From: an uncultured Gammaproteobacteria bacterium | GTDB lineage: Bacteria > Patescibacteriota > Patescibacteriia > Patescibacteriales > UBA12465 | Direction: 5' to 3' | NCBI GenBank assembly: GCA_964588465.1 | Contig: CAZPPL010000001.1 | Span: 50,782 to 114,781, forward strand | Length of the DNA stretch: 64,000 bases | Shown: one piece after another, positions 1 to 9,045 of the stretch | How positions within the stretch are numbered: position 1 is the stretch's first letter | Layout: each line of letters begins with the position of its first letter | Position numbers and translations under genes: made by a program | The notes under the pieces: generated by a model | What the model was told of the DNA's origin: nothing | Databases searched by the model: none | Seen by the model: the letters and a program-made list of their open reading frames with translations, nothing else

Positions 1-2
1 CC

Positions 3-512
3 GATGATTATTTAGACCAACATTTAGGTGAAGACTTTCATATTATCAGACCTTGTATGCCACTTCGGGAAAATGCTAAGTATGCAGATTGGAAATTATG
101 CTTTGAAAGTTATTTCCCTAAATTAAAAAATAATATAATTTTAATTGGATTATCTCTGGGTGGAGTATTCTTAGCCAAGTATTTATCAGAAAACAAATTT
201 CCGAAAAAAATACTTTCTACTTATTTAATTTGCCCGCCGTTTGACGATACTCTGATAGAAGAGAATCTAGTGGGAGATTTTAAGCTAAAAAAAGATTTAT
301 TAAAACTTGACAATAGCTCTACAAATTTGTATTTATTATTTTCTAAGGACGATCAAATAATACCTATTGATCATGCTAATAAATATAGAAAGAAACTAAA
401 AAATGCAAATATTAAAATTTATAAAAGTAAAAATGGACACTTTAAAATAAGCAAATTTCCAGAAATTATCAGAATGATTAAGAAAGATACAGTTAATATA
501 TGTAAATATTAG
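3..512 (+). CDS. Alpha/beta hydrolase (YdeN/RBBP9-like), 5'-truncated by the window edge
   Basis: GxSxG (GLSLGG), SKDD acid and GHF histidine; frame is open from base 3 (DDYLDQHLGEDF...), upstream of the ORF-track start. Confidence 0.8.
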   Translation, partial: DDYLDQHLGEDFHIIRPCMPLRENAKYADWKLCFESYFPKLKNNIILIGLSLGGVFLAKYLSENKFPKKILSTYLICPPFDDTLIEENLVGDFKLKKDLLKLDNSSTNLYLLFSKDDQIIPIDHANKYRKKLKNANIKIYKSKNGHFKISKFPEIIRMIKKDTVNICKY

Positions 513-555
513 TTTTGGCAATAAATTGAACTCAGTCAGTCAACTATTGCTAAAA
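513..555. terminator. Putative hairpin between convergent genes
   Basis: TTTTGGCAATA (513-523) pairs with TATTGCTAAAA (545-555) with one G-T pair. Confidence 0.35.
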
Positions 556-638
556 ATATAATATTATGTTATAATATTGTTGTTAAGTGCTAGATTTTAA
601 TAAATGGAGTTAAAGATTAAATTAGTCACTATAATCAT

Positions 639-788
639 CTAACAAGGAATACTAAGAGCATCTTCAACTGTCAATTCTCCAGATTCAACTGACTCTTGAA
701 TTTCATCATCTAGATCTTTAAAGTCTGATATTTGATCAAGTGTCAATTCTCCAGACTCCACCATTTGTAGAATTTCTTTATCGTCCAT
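639..788 (-). CDS. 49-aa acidic protein with duplicated VESGELT motif (not in ORF track)
   Basis: Manual translation: MDDKEILQMVESGELTLDQISDFKDLDDEIQESVESGELTVEDALSIPC*; in-frame DNA repeat TGTCAATTCTCCAGA at 669-683 and 741-755. Confidence 0.7.
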   Translation of the reverse strand: MDDKEILQMVESGELTLDQISDFKDLDDEIQESVESGELTVEDALSIPC

Positions 789-976
789 ATTTTTAAAAAA
801 TTAGTAATTCTAGTGAACGTAGGGTTTATTAAATAAAATTAGCAGATAATTATATTATAGCACAATATCTATCTTATCACTTTGCTATATTAATAATTAT
901 TGTATAGTTATAAAAACAATATTTATTAAATTAAATTTATAATCATTTATTCTTTATAGTAATACTACTAAGATAA

Positions 977-2515
977 ATGACTAACAATTTTATGCCAAAA
1001 AGATTAGGAGAACGTCTTCCTTCTGAAATAAAACCAGAAGAGGTTGAAACAAAAATATCTAAAACTACAGAAATTGAATCAACCCCTCAGAAGCCCGTTT
1101 TACCAAATATTAAAGATTTGGATGAAATATTAGAGGAATCAAACCAACTTGCTACCGTAGCTTCTCTTTCTGAGGGAGAAATTGATGAAATAATTGAGAA
1201 ACGTCAAGAATCTCTTGATAAGTTCCATGAATGTGAATTAATCAGAGAACAACGTTTACGAACCATAGAGCAATATAATCCCCTAAAAAATTTAACTTCA
1301 TCTGACTATAAACAGTTAGTAGAAGAAGGGATGATTGACTCTGAATATGCAGAGCGACTTGAAAAGGTTGACGATGTTATTGCTAAATTAGAAGCTTTAA
1401 GTTATCCCACTAGTGAAACTGTAGAGAAATTAGAAGAGCTGGGTAAGCTTAGAAATTCTTTTCGGGAAAATTTGGATAGTCAAATTGAACAAAAACGACA
1501 AGAAATTTCTCAGCGTCAAGAAGAGATTAAAAATAAAATACTTGAACATTATAAAGAAAGCGCCGAAAAATTCAAAAAAATTATTATTGAAATTGAAGAT
1601 AATCCTAGAGTGATTGATAGACTTCGCATAATAGCAAAAAAAATGATGAAAGAATCTGAAGATAAGATTGAACAAGAACGTCAGAAATTATTATCAGAAG
1701 CTACTCGTTTTATTAGATCCTTAAGTACCCGACATGCTAACTCATTTAAACGTTTAAGCGAAATTACTGGTGATGAAGATATTGAATCCGAACTACTTCA
1801 AGCTCTTAATGAACAGGGGAGTAAACAACAAAGTACCTTTGATAAAGTACGTAGTCGTATTATAAAATCAATTATTGAGGGTGAGGGAGAAGGACAGGTA
1901 AAGGATGCTAAAGAGCTGGTTCCTTGGACAATATATTCTACTTCTATTCCCTACGTTGAAGCTATGAATACAATTTCTTATCATGATACTATACAGGCCC
2001 TTAAAGCTGCAGCTGATGATGGGGATGAACGAGCTAAACGTCTACTTGAAGATCGTAAACAAATCGTTAGTGAAAATGAAATTATTCGTAAATTAGTAGG
2101 AAAAAAGTGGATTACTGATAAAAAAACTAATGAGAAACATCTAGGAACATTTTGGGCCGCCTTTGCTACTAGAAAAGAAAATGATAGTAAAGGAATCACT
2201 GAGGCTCGTCGAAAAGAACGAAAAGAAGCTCTAGCAAAAGCTGCAGAATTTAAAAAAGCGGCAGATGAGATTATAGAACGAGGCGGATTTGTTGTAAAAG
2301 TTCCCGTTCTTAAAAAGATTAAAGGAAAATTACAAGTAGTGGGAAATAAGAAAGGGGTTATACGTCTGGAACAAGCTAAATCTAAAAAAGGTAATGGATA
2401 CTGGAAAGTAGTTGAAATTTTAGGAGCAAGTAATGGTCTTAAAGTTGGAGCGGTCTCTCCTCTTAATATGCAGTCCTTTCCTCAATGGCTTCAGGATTCC
2501 GCAAATCAACTTTAA
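977..2515 (+). CDS. Hypothetical coiled-coil protein
   Basis: 512-aa ORF, E/K/R-rich helical, no TM segment or recognisable motif. Confidence 0.7.
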   Translation: MTNNFMPKRLGERLPSEIKPEEVETKISKTTEIESTPQKPVLPNIKDLDEILEESNQLATVASLSEGEIDEIIEKRQESLDKFHECELIREQRLRTIEQYNPLKNLTSSDYKQLVEEGMIDSEYAERLEKVDDVIAKLEALSYPTSETVEKLEELGKLRNSFRENLDSQIEQKRQEISQRQEEIKNKILEHYKESAEKFKKIIIEIEDNPRVIDRLRIIAKKMMKESEDKIEQERQKLLSEATRFIRSLSTRHANSFKRLSEITGDEDIESELLQALNEQGSKQQSTFDKVRSRIIKSIIEGEGEGQVKDAKELVPWTIYSTSIPYVEAMNTISYHDTIQALKAAADDGDERAKRLLEDRKQIVSENEIIRKLVGKKWITDKKTNEKHLGTFWAAFATRKENDSKGITEARRKERKEALAKAAEFKKAADEIIERGGFVVKVPVLKKIKGKLQVVGNKKGVIRLEQAKSKKGNGYWKVVEILGASNGLKVGAVSPLNMQSFPQWLQDSANQL

Positions 2516-2617
2516 TATAAAGATAAAGCTAAGAAATCTCTAAATAACTCAATAAAATTAAACTAAATTGATTTTACATCAATAGTTTTAATAAATTATA
2601 AATAATTATTATCACAT

Positions 2618-2929
2618 ATGAAACAAGATATTATCACTCTAAAAGATTCTATTAATTACCAAGACGCTTCGGTGGTTAGTAAAGAAATATTAAAAAATGC
2701 CGCTGGAACAGTTACCTTGTTTGCTTTTGATCAACAACAGGGTCTGAGTGAACATACTGCTCCTTTTAATGCTTTGGCAAATATTATTGAAGGTGAAGCA
2801 CTTATAACCATCGCGGGCACTCCATATTCAGTTTCTGAGGGACAATTAATTATTCTTCCTGCCAATAAACCTCATGCCCTACAAGCTAATAAAAGATTCA
2901 AAATGTTACTCACCATGATAAAGGCTTAG
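2618..2929 (+). CDS. Cupin domain protein
   Basis: LSEHTAPF...IIEGEA...PANKPHAL cupin motifs. Confidence 0.85.
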   Translation: MKQDIITLKDSINYQDASVVSKEILKNAAGTVTLFAFDQQQGLSEHTAPFNALANIIEGEALITIAGTPYSVSEGQLIILPANKPHALQANKRFKMLLTMIKA

Positions 2930-3017
2930 GCCCTCTATTGCCTGTAAACTTAATTATAGCTTTAAAAACCGATAAATTGTATACTATAGATATATTTAAA
3001 AATTATCTTAAAAGATT

Positions 3018-4136
3018 ATGAGTAGCAAAACCTTCTCTTTCATCCAAAATATATTAGCTTTGGCCGACATAAAAATTAATGGTCCTGAGCCTGGAGATAT
3101 CCAAATACATGATGAGCGACTCTATCATCGTATTATGAAGGAGGGTTCATTAGGGCTAGGCGAAGCTTATATGGATGCTTGGTGGGACGCTCCAAAACTT
3201 GACGAATTTTTTTTTAAGGTTTTAAGTGCTGATTTAGATCAGAAAATAAGAAATAATTGGTCCTTAAAAATTTTTCTATTACTGAATATAATATTTAATA
3301 GACAAAATAAAAGGAGGGCTTTCATTATAGGACAAAAACATTACGATATTGGCAACGATTTATATCAATCTATGCTTGACCCTCGTTTAACTTATACTTG
3401 TGGCTATTTTCGTCAAGCCCATACCTTAGCCGAAGCTCAAGAAGCTAAATTAGATTTAGTGTGTAGAAAATTAAATCTTCAAGCTGGTCAGACAGTATTG
3501 GATATTGGGGGTGGTTGGGGTAGCTTTGCTAAATTTGCTGCTGAGAAATATGGAGCTAAAGTCACCGTGATAACCGTTTCTAGACAACAAGTAGAATTAG
3601 GTAAGAAATTATGTATAAATTTAGATATAAATTTTATTCTGCAAGATTATCGAGATATACAAGGAAAATTTGATCATTTAGTTTCTCTGGGCATGATTGA
3701 GCATGTAGGTTTTAAGAATTACCGTAACTACATGAAAATTGCTGCTCAACACTTAAATGATAAAGGCTTATTTCTTTTACACACTATTGGTAGTAATAAA
3801 TCAGTTAAAATTACCGATCCTTGGATTGAAAAATATATTTTTCCTAATTCTATGCTTCCGTCTATTAAACAATTAGGACAGGCTTTTGAGGGTTTATTTG
3901 TAATGGAAGACTGGCAAAATTTTAGTGCTGATTACGATAGGACTCTAATGGCTTGGTATGCTAATTTTGAACAGCATTGGCCAGAACTTCAAAAAAAGTA
4001 TGGAGAAAGATTCCATCGTTTATGGAAATATTATATTCTTTCCGCTGCCGCTTCCTTTCGGGCTAGAAAAAATCAACTCTGGCAAATAGTTTTATCTAAA
4101 CATGGAGTTCCAGGCGGATATAGATCTGTTCGTTAA
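3018..4136 (+). CDS. cfa: Cyclopropane fatty acyl phospholipid synthase
   Basis: GSLGLGEAYMD, HYDIGNDLY, YTCGYF, SAM motif LDIGGGWG, GMIEHVG, WIEKYIFP. Confidence 0.95.
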   Translation: MSSKTFSFIQNILALADIKINGPEPGDIQIHDERLYHRIMKEGSLGLGEAYMDAWWDAPKLDEFFFKVLSADLDQKIRNNWSLKIFLLLNIIFNRQNKRRAFIIGQKHYDIGNDLYQSMLDPRLTYTCGYFRQAHTLAEAQEAKLDLVCRKLNLQAGQTVLDIGGGWGSFAKFAAEKYGAKVTVITVSRQQVELGKKLCINLDINFILQDYRDIQGKFDHLVSLGMIEHVGFKNYRNYMKIAAQHLNDKGLFLLHTIGSNKSVKITDPWIEKYIFPNSMLPSIKQLGQAFEGLFVMEDWQNFSADYDRTLMAWYANFEQHWPELQKKYGERFHRLWKYYILSAAASFRARKNQLWQIVLSKHGVPGGYRSVR

Positions 4137-4225
4137 TCTGAATTTTGAATATAATTAATCCTTTCTTTTTATTAAAAATTAAACTATGATGACAACATTG
4201 TTAATAATTATAACTAATTAGTTTT

Positions 4226-5251
4226 ATGTCTGGAATAATCAATAAGATTGGGAGAGAAAATATAATGGAAACGGGGAAGCCCAAAAGTATAGCTGAATTA
4301 TTAGAAGATTTTAAACGCACTGAACAAGTTTCTGGAGAAAAATTAAAATTTACTGGGGTAGGTAATAAGGATGTGTACAATACCACTGCTCCTTTTGAAT
4401 ATGAAGGAGAGCGTTATCTTATTGGCAGAGTGGAATCTCCAGATAAAGACACTGACTATCAAAGCGTCTTTTTTACCAATACAGGAGGAAGTTGGTCACC
4501 AGCAACAGATATCCCTACTTTAAGACTGCAGGACCCTTTTATTATTAAACTAGGTGATAAATTCGTGGTTGGAGGAGTAGAGGTATATCCTAAACCCAGC
4601 GAACAATATCCAGATAATCTTAGTTATCGTACCGCTTTCTACCAAGGGAAAATCACTGAATTACAGGAGTTTACTCAAGGTCCAGAACTTATGAAGGACC
4701 TTAGAATAGTTAAATTAGCCAATGGAAGAATTGGAGTATTTACTCGTCCAGGAGATATTTTTAGTCGCCCTAAAGATAAAATAGGAGGCATGATTGGCTA
4801 TACTGAAATTAACTCTCTATCAGATTTAAAGGCAGAAAATATTAATAAAGCAGAAATTATCAATGGTTTATTTATTGAATCGGAATGGGGAGGAGCCAAC
4901 GAATTATATTTACTAGAAAATGATCAAATAGGAGTTATAGGCCATATTGCTAGAATTAATCCAGCAGGAGAAAAGGAGTATTATGCTATAAGTTGGGAAT
5001 TTAATCCTGGAGATAAACAATTTAAGCAAGTAAAAATTATAACTACTAGAGATAATTTTTCCCCAGGAAAATCAAAAGTAATAGAATATGGGGATGATAG
5101 GAGTACCAATTATCTAAAGCATATCATTTTTCCCGGAGGTATTGATATCAAATCCAATAATGAAGTTGATTTATATGTGGGATTAAGCGACTGCGAAGAA
5201 GGAAAAATTAGAATAGCTTACCCCTTTTCGGTAGGAATTAAAAATAAGTAA
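4226..5251 (+). CDS. DUF1861/MTP-1-like protein (beta-1,2-mannoside phosphorylase-like propeller)
   Basis: DVYNTTAPF, GRVE, LQDPF, GGVEV, GPELMKDLR, RIGVFTRP, EWGGANE, IGHIA. Confidence 0.75.
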   Translation: MSGIINKIGRENIMETGKPKSIAELLEDFKRTEQVSGEKLKFTGVGNKDVYNTTAPFEYEGERYLIGRVESPDKDTDYQSVFFTNTGGSWSPATDIPTLRLQDPFIIKLGDKFVVGGVEVYPKPSEQYPDNLSYRTAFYQGKITELQEFTQGPELMKDLRIVKLANGRIGVFTRPGDIFSRPKDKIGGMIGYTEINSLSDLKAENINKAEIINGLFIESEWGGANELYLLENDQIGVIGHIARINPAGEKEYYAISWEFNPGDKQFKQVKIITTRDNFSPGKSKVIEYGDDRSTNYLKHIIFPGGIDIKSNNEVDLYVGLSDCEEGKIRIAYPFSVGIKNK

Positions 5252-5337
5252 GAATGATAAACTATAGTTTAAACCTAGATTGATTTTTATTCCTATTACT
5301 ATAATTTATAATATAATTAATATAATCTAATAAATTT

Positions 5338-6117
5338 ATGACCATTTCTATTATTGTAATTGCTATATTGCTTATACTAGCTTCTGGTCTTAGAGTGGTA
5401 AAGCAATATGAACGAGGAGTTATTTTCCTGTTAGGTAAATATACCGGCATGCGAGGTCCAGGCTTAATTTTTATTATCCCTATTTTAGAAAATATGAATC
5501 GGGTTAATTTACGCACAGTGACTATGAATATCCCCTCACAAAAAATTATCACTAAAGACAATGTTTCTATTGATATTAGTGCAGTAGCCTATTATCATAT
5601 TGTAGATGCTTCTAAAGCAATTATTGCTATTGATAATATCTACCAAGCAGTTAATCAAATTAGTCAAACCACCGTCCGTAATGTGGTGGGACAATTTCAA
5701 TTAGATCAATTATTGTCTCAAACTCCAGAAATTAACGAGAAAATAAAAAATGTAATTGATACTCATACTCACCCTTGGGGGGCTTTAGTAACGGCAGTGG
5801 AAATTAAAGATATAATTCTACCCGATAATATGCAACGAGCTATGGCTAAGGAAGCAGAAGCTGAGCGTGAACGTCGAGCTAAAATTGTCGCCGCTGAAGG
5901 CGAATTTCAAGCAGCAGTTAAATTAGGGCAGGCTGCTGATATAATTACTGAGCATCCAGTTGCCTTACAATTACGCACCCTTCAAACTATGACGGAGATT
6001 TCAGTAGAAAAGAATTCTACTATTATTTTCCCTTCTCAATTCTTATCTACGGTTCGAGAAGCTTTACAAGGAGTTAAGGAAATTAATTCTAATAAGCCTA
6101 AAAATCCTCAAAGCTAA
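5338..6117 (+). CDS. SPFH/stomatin (slipin) family protein
   Basis: N-terminal [43 protein letters not shown]. Confidence 0.92.
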   Translation: MTISIIVIAILLILASGLRVVKQYERGVIFLLGKYTGMRGPGLIFIIPILENMNRVNLRTVTMNIPSQKIITKDNVSIDISAVAYYHIVDASKAIIAIDNIYQAVNQISQTTVRNVVGQFQLDQLLSQTPEINEKIKNVIDTHTHPWGALVTAVEIKDIILPDNMQRAMAKEAEAERERRAKIVAAEGEFQAAVKLGQAADIITEHPVALQLRTLQTMTEISVEKNSTIIFPSQFLSTVREALQGVKEINSNKPKNPQS

Positions 6118-6139
6118 TTCTAAAACTAAATATTTTTAA

Positions 6140-6613
6140 CTATTTTTTAGTAGAAAGTTTATTACGTAGAGTAGGTAAAAAGTAATAAATTATTGAACTA
6201 ACTATAATTGATATAACTATACTTCCTAGAATATCAATAGGATGATGAATTCCAGCCAATACCCGACAAATCCCAACTAGGATAGCTAGAATAAGTAGCC
6301 CCAAACCAACTTTACGATTATAATAAAAAATTACCATTGCTATAGCACTGGATAATAAAACGTGATCAGAAGGGAAGCCATTATCTGCAGAATGAGTAAT
6401 TAAAGGAATAAAATGTCCTACAATAAAAGGTCTAGGGTCAAAGTAGAATAAAGCAGATAATTTAGCTATTCCGTAGATAATAGGCAGGCTAATAATACCG
6501 AAAATAGCCAAATTTTTTCTAGTCTGTTTATTCTGCTCAAAAAAGAAAATAGCCCCTAGTAATATAATTAGAAAAATGAGATATTTAGCTCCAATGATAA
6601 TAAATAAATTCAT
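6140..6613 (-). CDS. PAP2 family phosphatase (BcrC-like undecaprenyl-diphosphatase)
   Basis: K-x6-RP (KLSALFYFDPRPF), FPSDH, RVLAGIHHPIDI; four hydrophobic segments; ATG at 6613 preferred. Confidence 0.85.
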   Translation of the reverse strand: MNLFIIIGAKYLIFLIILLGAIFFFEQNKQTRKNLAIFGIISLPIIYGIAKLSALFYFDPRPFIVGHFIPLITHSADNGFPSDHVLLSSAIAMVIFYYNRKVGLGLLILAILVGICRVLAGIHHPIDILGSIVISIIVSSIIYYFLPTLRNKLSTKK

Positions 6614-6841
6614 ATAACGAGTAAAACTACTATTTAGCAAGGGTTTTATAATAATTTAAAGTGTAGCAAATCTAAATTATCCTGTATAGGTATTAAGTGT
6701 ATTTAGCTTTTAGATTTCATTAATTATAATTAAAGGATATTTGTTTTATAACTTATACTTTATAAATCTTGCTAATAAATTTAAATAAATATATAATAAA
6801 TTTAAGAATAAAATTAAAATATAGAATCTAAATAATTTTTT

Positions 6842-7594
6842 ATGAATAGAAAACTCGTATCTATTGTGATTCCAGCCTATAATGAGGAAAAAAATATTAA
6901 GGCTTGTATTCGCTCTATACAAGCTCAAAACTATTCTGGGTCCAAAGAAATTATTATAGTTGATAATAATAGCTCTGATCGTACCGCTTATCTAGCCCAA
7001 CAAGAAGGTGTTAAGCTAATTTTTGAGTCTAAGGTGGGAGTAATTTATGCTAGAGAGGCGGGGACCAGAGCAGCTCAGGGAGAAATAATTGTTCAAACCG
7101 ACGCCGATACCACCTTTCCTGTGGATTGGTTAAATAATATTATGACCGCTTTTACTAATAATCCCGAAGCAGTAGCGGTTATTGGATCTTTTAAATTTTT
7201 TGATGGTCCTTGGTGGGGTAAACCTTTTACTAGTTTATTATTTGGAATTACTAATTTAATACATAGAATAAGTAAAAAATTAGTCTATATTCCTGGGAGT
7301 AATACCGCTTTTTTGAAAAAAGCTTGGCATGGCTATGATATTACCTTAGACCAAGGTGGAGACGAAGTAGCTCTACTCAGAGCTCTAAAAAAAGAAGGTA
7401 AAATTATTTTTTTATGGCGCAATATGGTTTTAACTTCTGCCCGACGTCTAAAAAAGGGCTTACTATATAATATTTTTGTTATTCTAATATTTTATTATAT
7501 TTTTGATTATACTTTTAGACGAATAACTGGACGAAGTATAGTGGCAGCCTTTCCTAAAATTAGAGAAAAAGACGAACATCAAGAAGAAGCTTAA
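6842..7594 (+). CDS. Glycosyltransferase family 2
   Basis: SIVIPAYNEE, VDNNSSD, DAD, TSARR, C-terminal hydrophobic stretch. Confidence 0.9.
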   Translation: MNRKLVSIVIPAYNEEKNIKACIRSIQAQNYSGSKEIIIVDNNSSDRTAYLAQQEGVKLIFESKVGVIYAREAGTRAAQGEIIVQTDADTTFPVDWLNNIMTAFTNNPEAVAVIGSFKFFDGPWWGKPFTSLLFGITNLIHRISKKLVYIPGSNTAFLKKAWHGYDITLDQGGDEVALLRALKKEGKIIFLWRNMVLTSARRLKKGLLYNIFVILIFYYIFDYTFRRITGRSIVAAFPKIREKDEHQEEA

Positions 7595-7618
7595 TTTGAA
7601 ATAGATGTTATATTGCTT

Positions 7619-8404
7619 ATGTTATATATTTATTTACCGTTAGTCTTATTGCTAAGCTTGCTTATTACCTATTATTTCTTAGTAACTTATATTTATATAC
7701 CCATAATTCTACTGATAATAATTGGATTTATTTATTATTTTTTTATTTGGTCAAAAACTCAAATTTTTGGTTATTTCCCAGCTTCTATTAAAACTAATAG
7801 AAAAATAATTGCCCTTACCTTTGATGACGGACCGAATCCTCCCTATACTGAAGAATTACTGACAATTTTAAAAAGACATGGAGTAAAAGCTAGTTTTTTC
7901 CTACCAGCAAAGAATATAGAAAAATTTCCAGAATTAACTAGAAAAATTATAGCTGAAGGTCATATTATTGGTAATCATTCCTATAGTCATAAATTCATTA
8001 ATAATTTTAAAAGCCTTTGTTTTGAATTAGAAATTACTAAAGCTCAAAATATAATTAAAAAAGTTATTGGTCGTCGTCCCGCTTTATATCGTTCTCCTTG
8101 GTTATTTAAACAACCTTGGTTGTTAAAAAATCTTAAAAATAATGGGCTTACTCCAGTATCAGGATTTTTTTCTTCCAACTGGGAAATTTGGAAAGCTCCA
8201 GCTGAGCTCATCGCTCGGAATGCTGCTAAAGTTGTAGCGCCAGGTAGAATAATAATTTTTCATGATGGTGCTGATACTAGAGGCGGTGTGCGGAAAGGAT
8301 CAGTAGAAGCTATTGATATTCTTATCCCTCAATTAAAAAAACAAGGTTATGAATTCTTAACCGTTGATAAATTATTAGGCCTGCCTGCCTATCAAACTAC
8401 ATGA
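7619..8404 (+). CDS. Membrane-anchored polysaccharide deacetylase (CE4/NodB)
   Basis: ALTFDDGP, GNHSYSH, YRSPW, IIIFHDG; N-terminal TM helices. Confidence 0.9.
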   Translation: MLYIYLPLVLLLSLLITYYFLVTYIYIPIILLIIIGFIYYFFIWSKTQIFGYFPASIKTNRKIIALTFDDGPNPPYTEELLTILKRHGVKASFFLPAKNIEKFPELTRKIIAEGHIIGNHSYSHKFINNFKSLCFELEITKAQNIIKKVIGRRPALYRSPWLFKQPWLLKNLKNNGLTPVSGFFSSNWEIWKAPAELIARNAAKVVAPGRIIIFHDGADTRGGVRKGSVEAIDILIPQLKKQGYEFLTVDKLLGLPAYQTT

Positions 8405-9003
8405 GTCCTCATAATTTAATTACTTTAGTTCCTTGGATAATTGCTCACGGCTATTTAATTTTTTTCGTAGCAGCAGTCATTGAAGGTCCTCTTACCACTA
8501 TCGGCGGTGGAGTAGTGGCCTCTTTAGGTTATTTTAATATCTTTATAGTGTTAGCTTTAGCAATATTGGCTGATATTGGTGCTGATATAGTTTATTATTG
8601 GATTGGTTATAGAGGTCATAATTTAGTTGGATCGTCATTTTTTAGATATTTTGGCTTGAGTAAAGAACGAGTTGATAAAATGAGAAGACTTTTACACATT
8701 CATACCAATTATGCTTTGATGCTGGTAAAATTCTCACCCATAATCGGTCCTATAGGATTAGTAACTATTGGGGTAACTCGTCTCAAATTTAAAAAATTTT
8801 TTTGGGCTGCTCTTAAATTATCTGTACCTAAATCCTTTTTTTTAGTATTTCTGGGTTATTACTTCGGTGAATCTTATCAACGATTAAATAAAATGATAGC
8901 CCAAGGACCCTATATTATACTAGGGCTAATTATACTTATTAGTCTAATTTATTTTATCTACCTAAAAATAATGGCTAATATAACTAGAAAAATAGAACGA
9001 TAG
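8401..9003 (+). CDS. DedA/VTT family membrane protein
   Basis: HGYLIFF..IEGP, ADIGADIVYYWIG, KFSP, LGYYFG; 4-nt overlap with the upstream gene. Confidence 0.8.
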   Translation: MSPHNLITLVPWIIAHGYLIFFVAAVIEGPLTTIGGGVVASLGYFNIFIVLALAILADIGADIVYYWIGYRGHNLVGSSFFRYFGLSKERVDKMRRLLHIHTNYALMLVKFSPIIGPIGLVTIGVTRLKFKKFFWAALKLSVPKSFFLVFLGYYFGESYQRLNKMIAQGPYIILGLIILISLIYFIYLKIMANITRKIER

Positions 9004-9045
9004 AATTATAAATATTTAATATTATGCTTATTATCTAACTCATTT

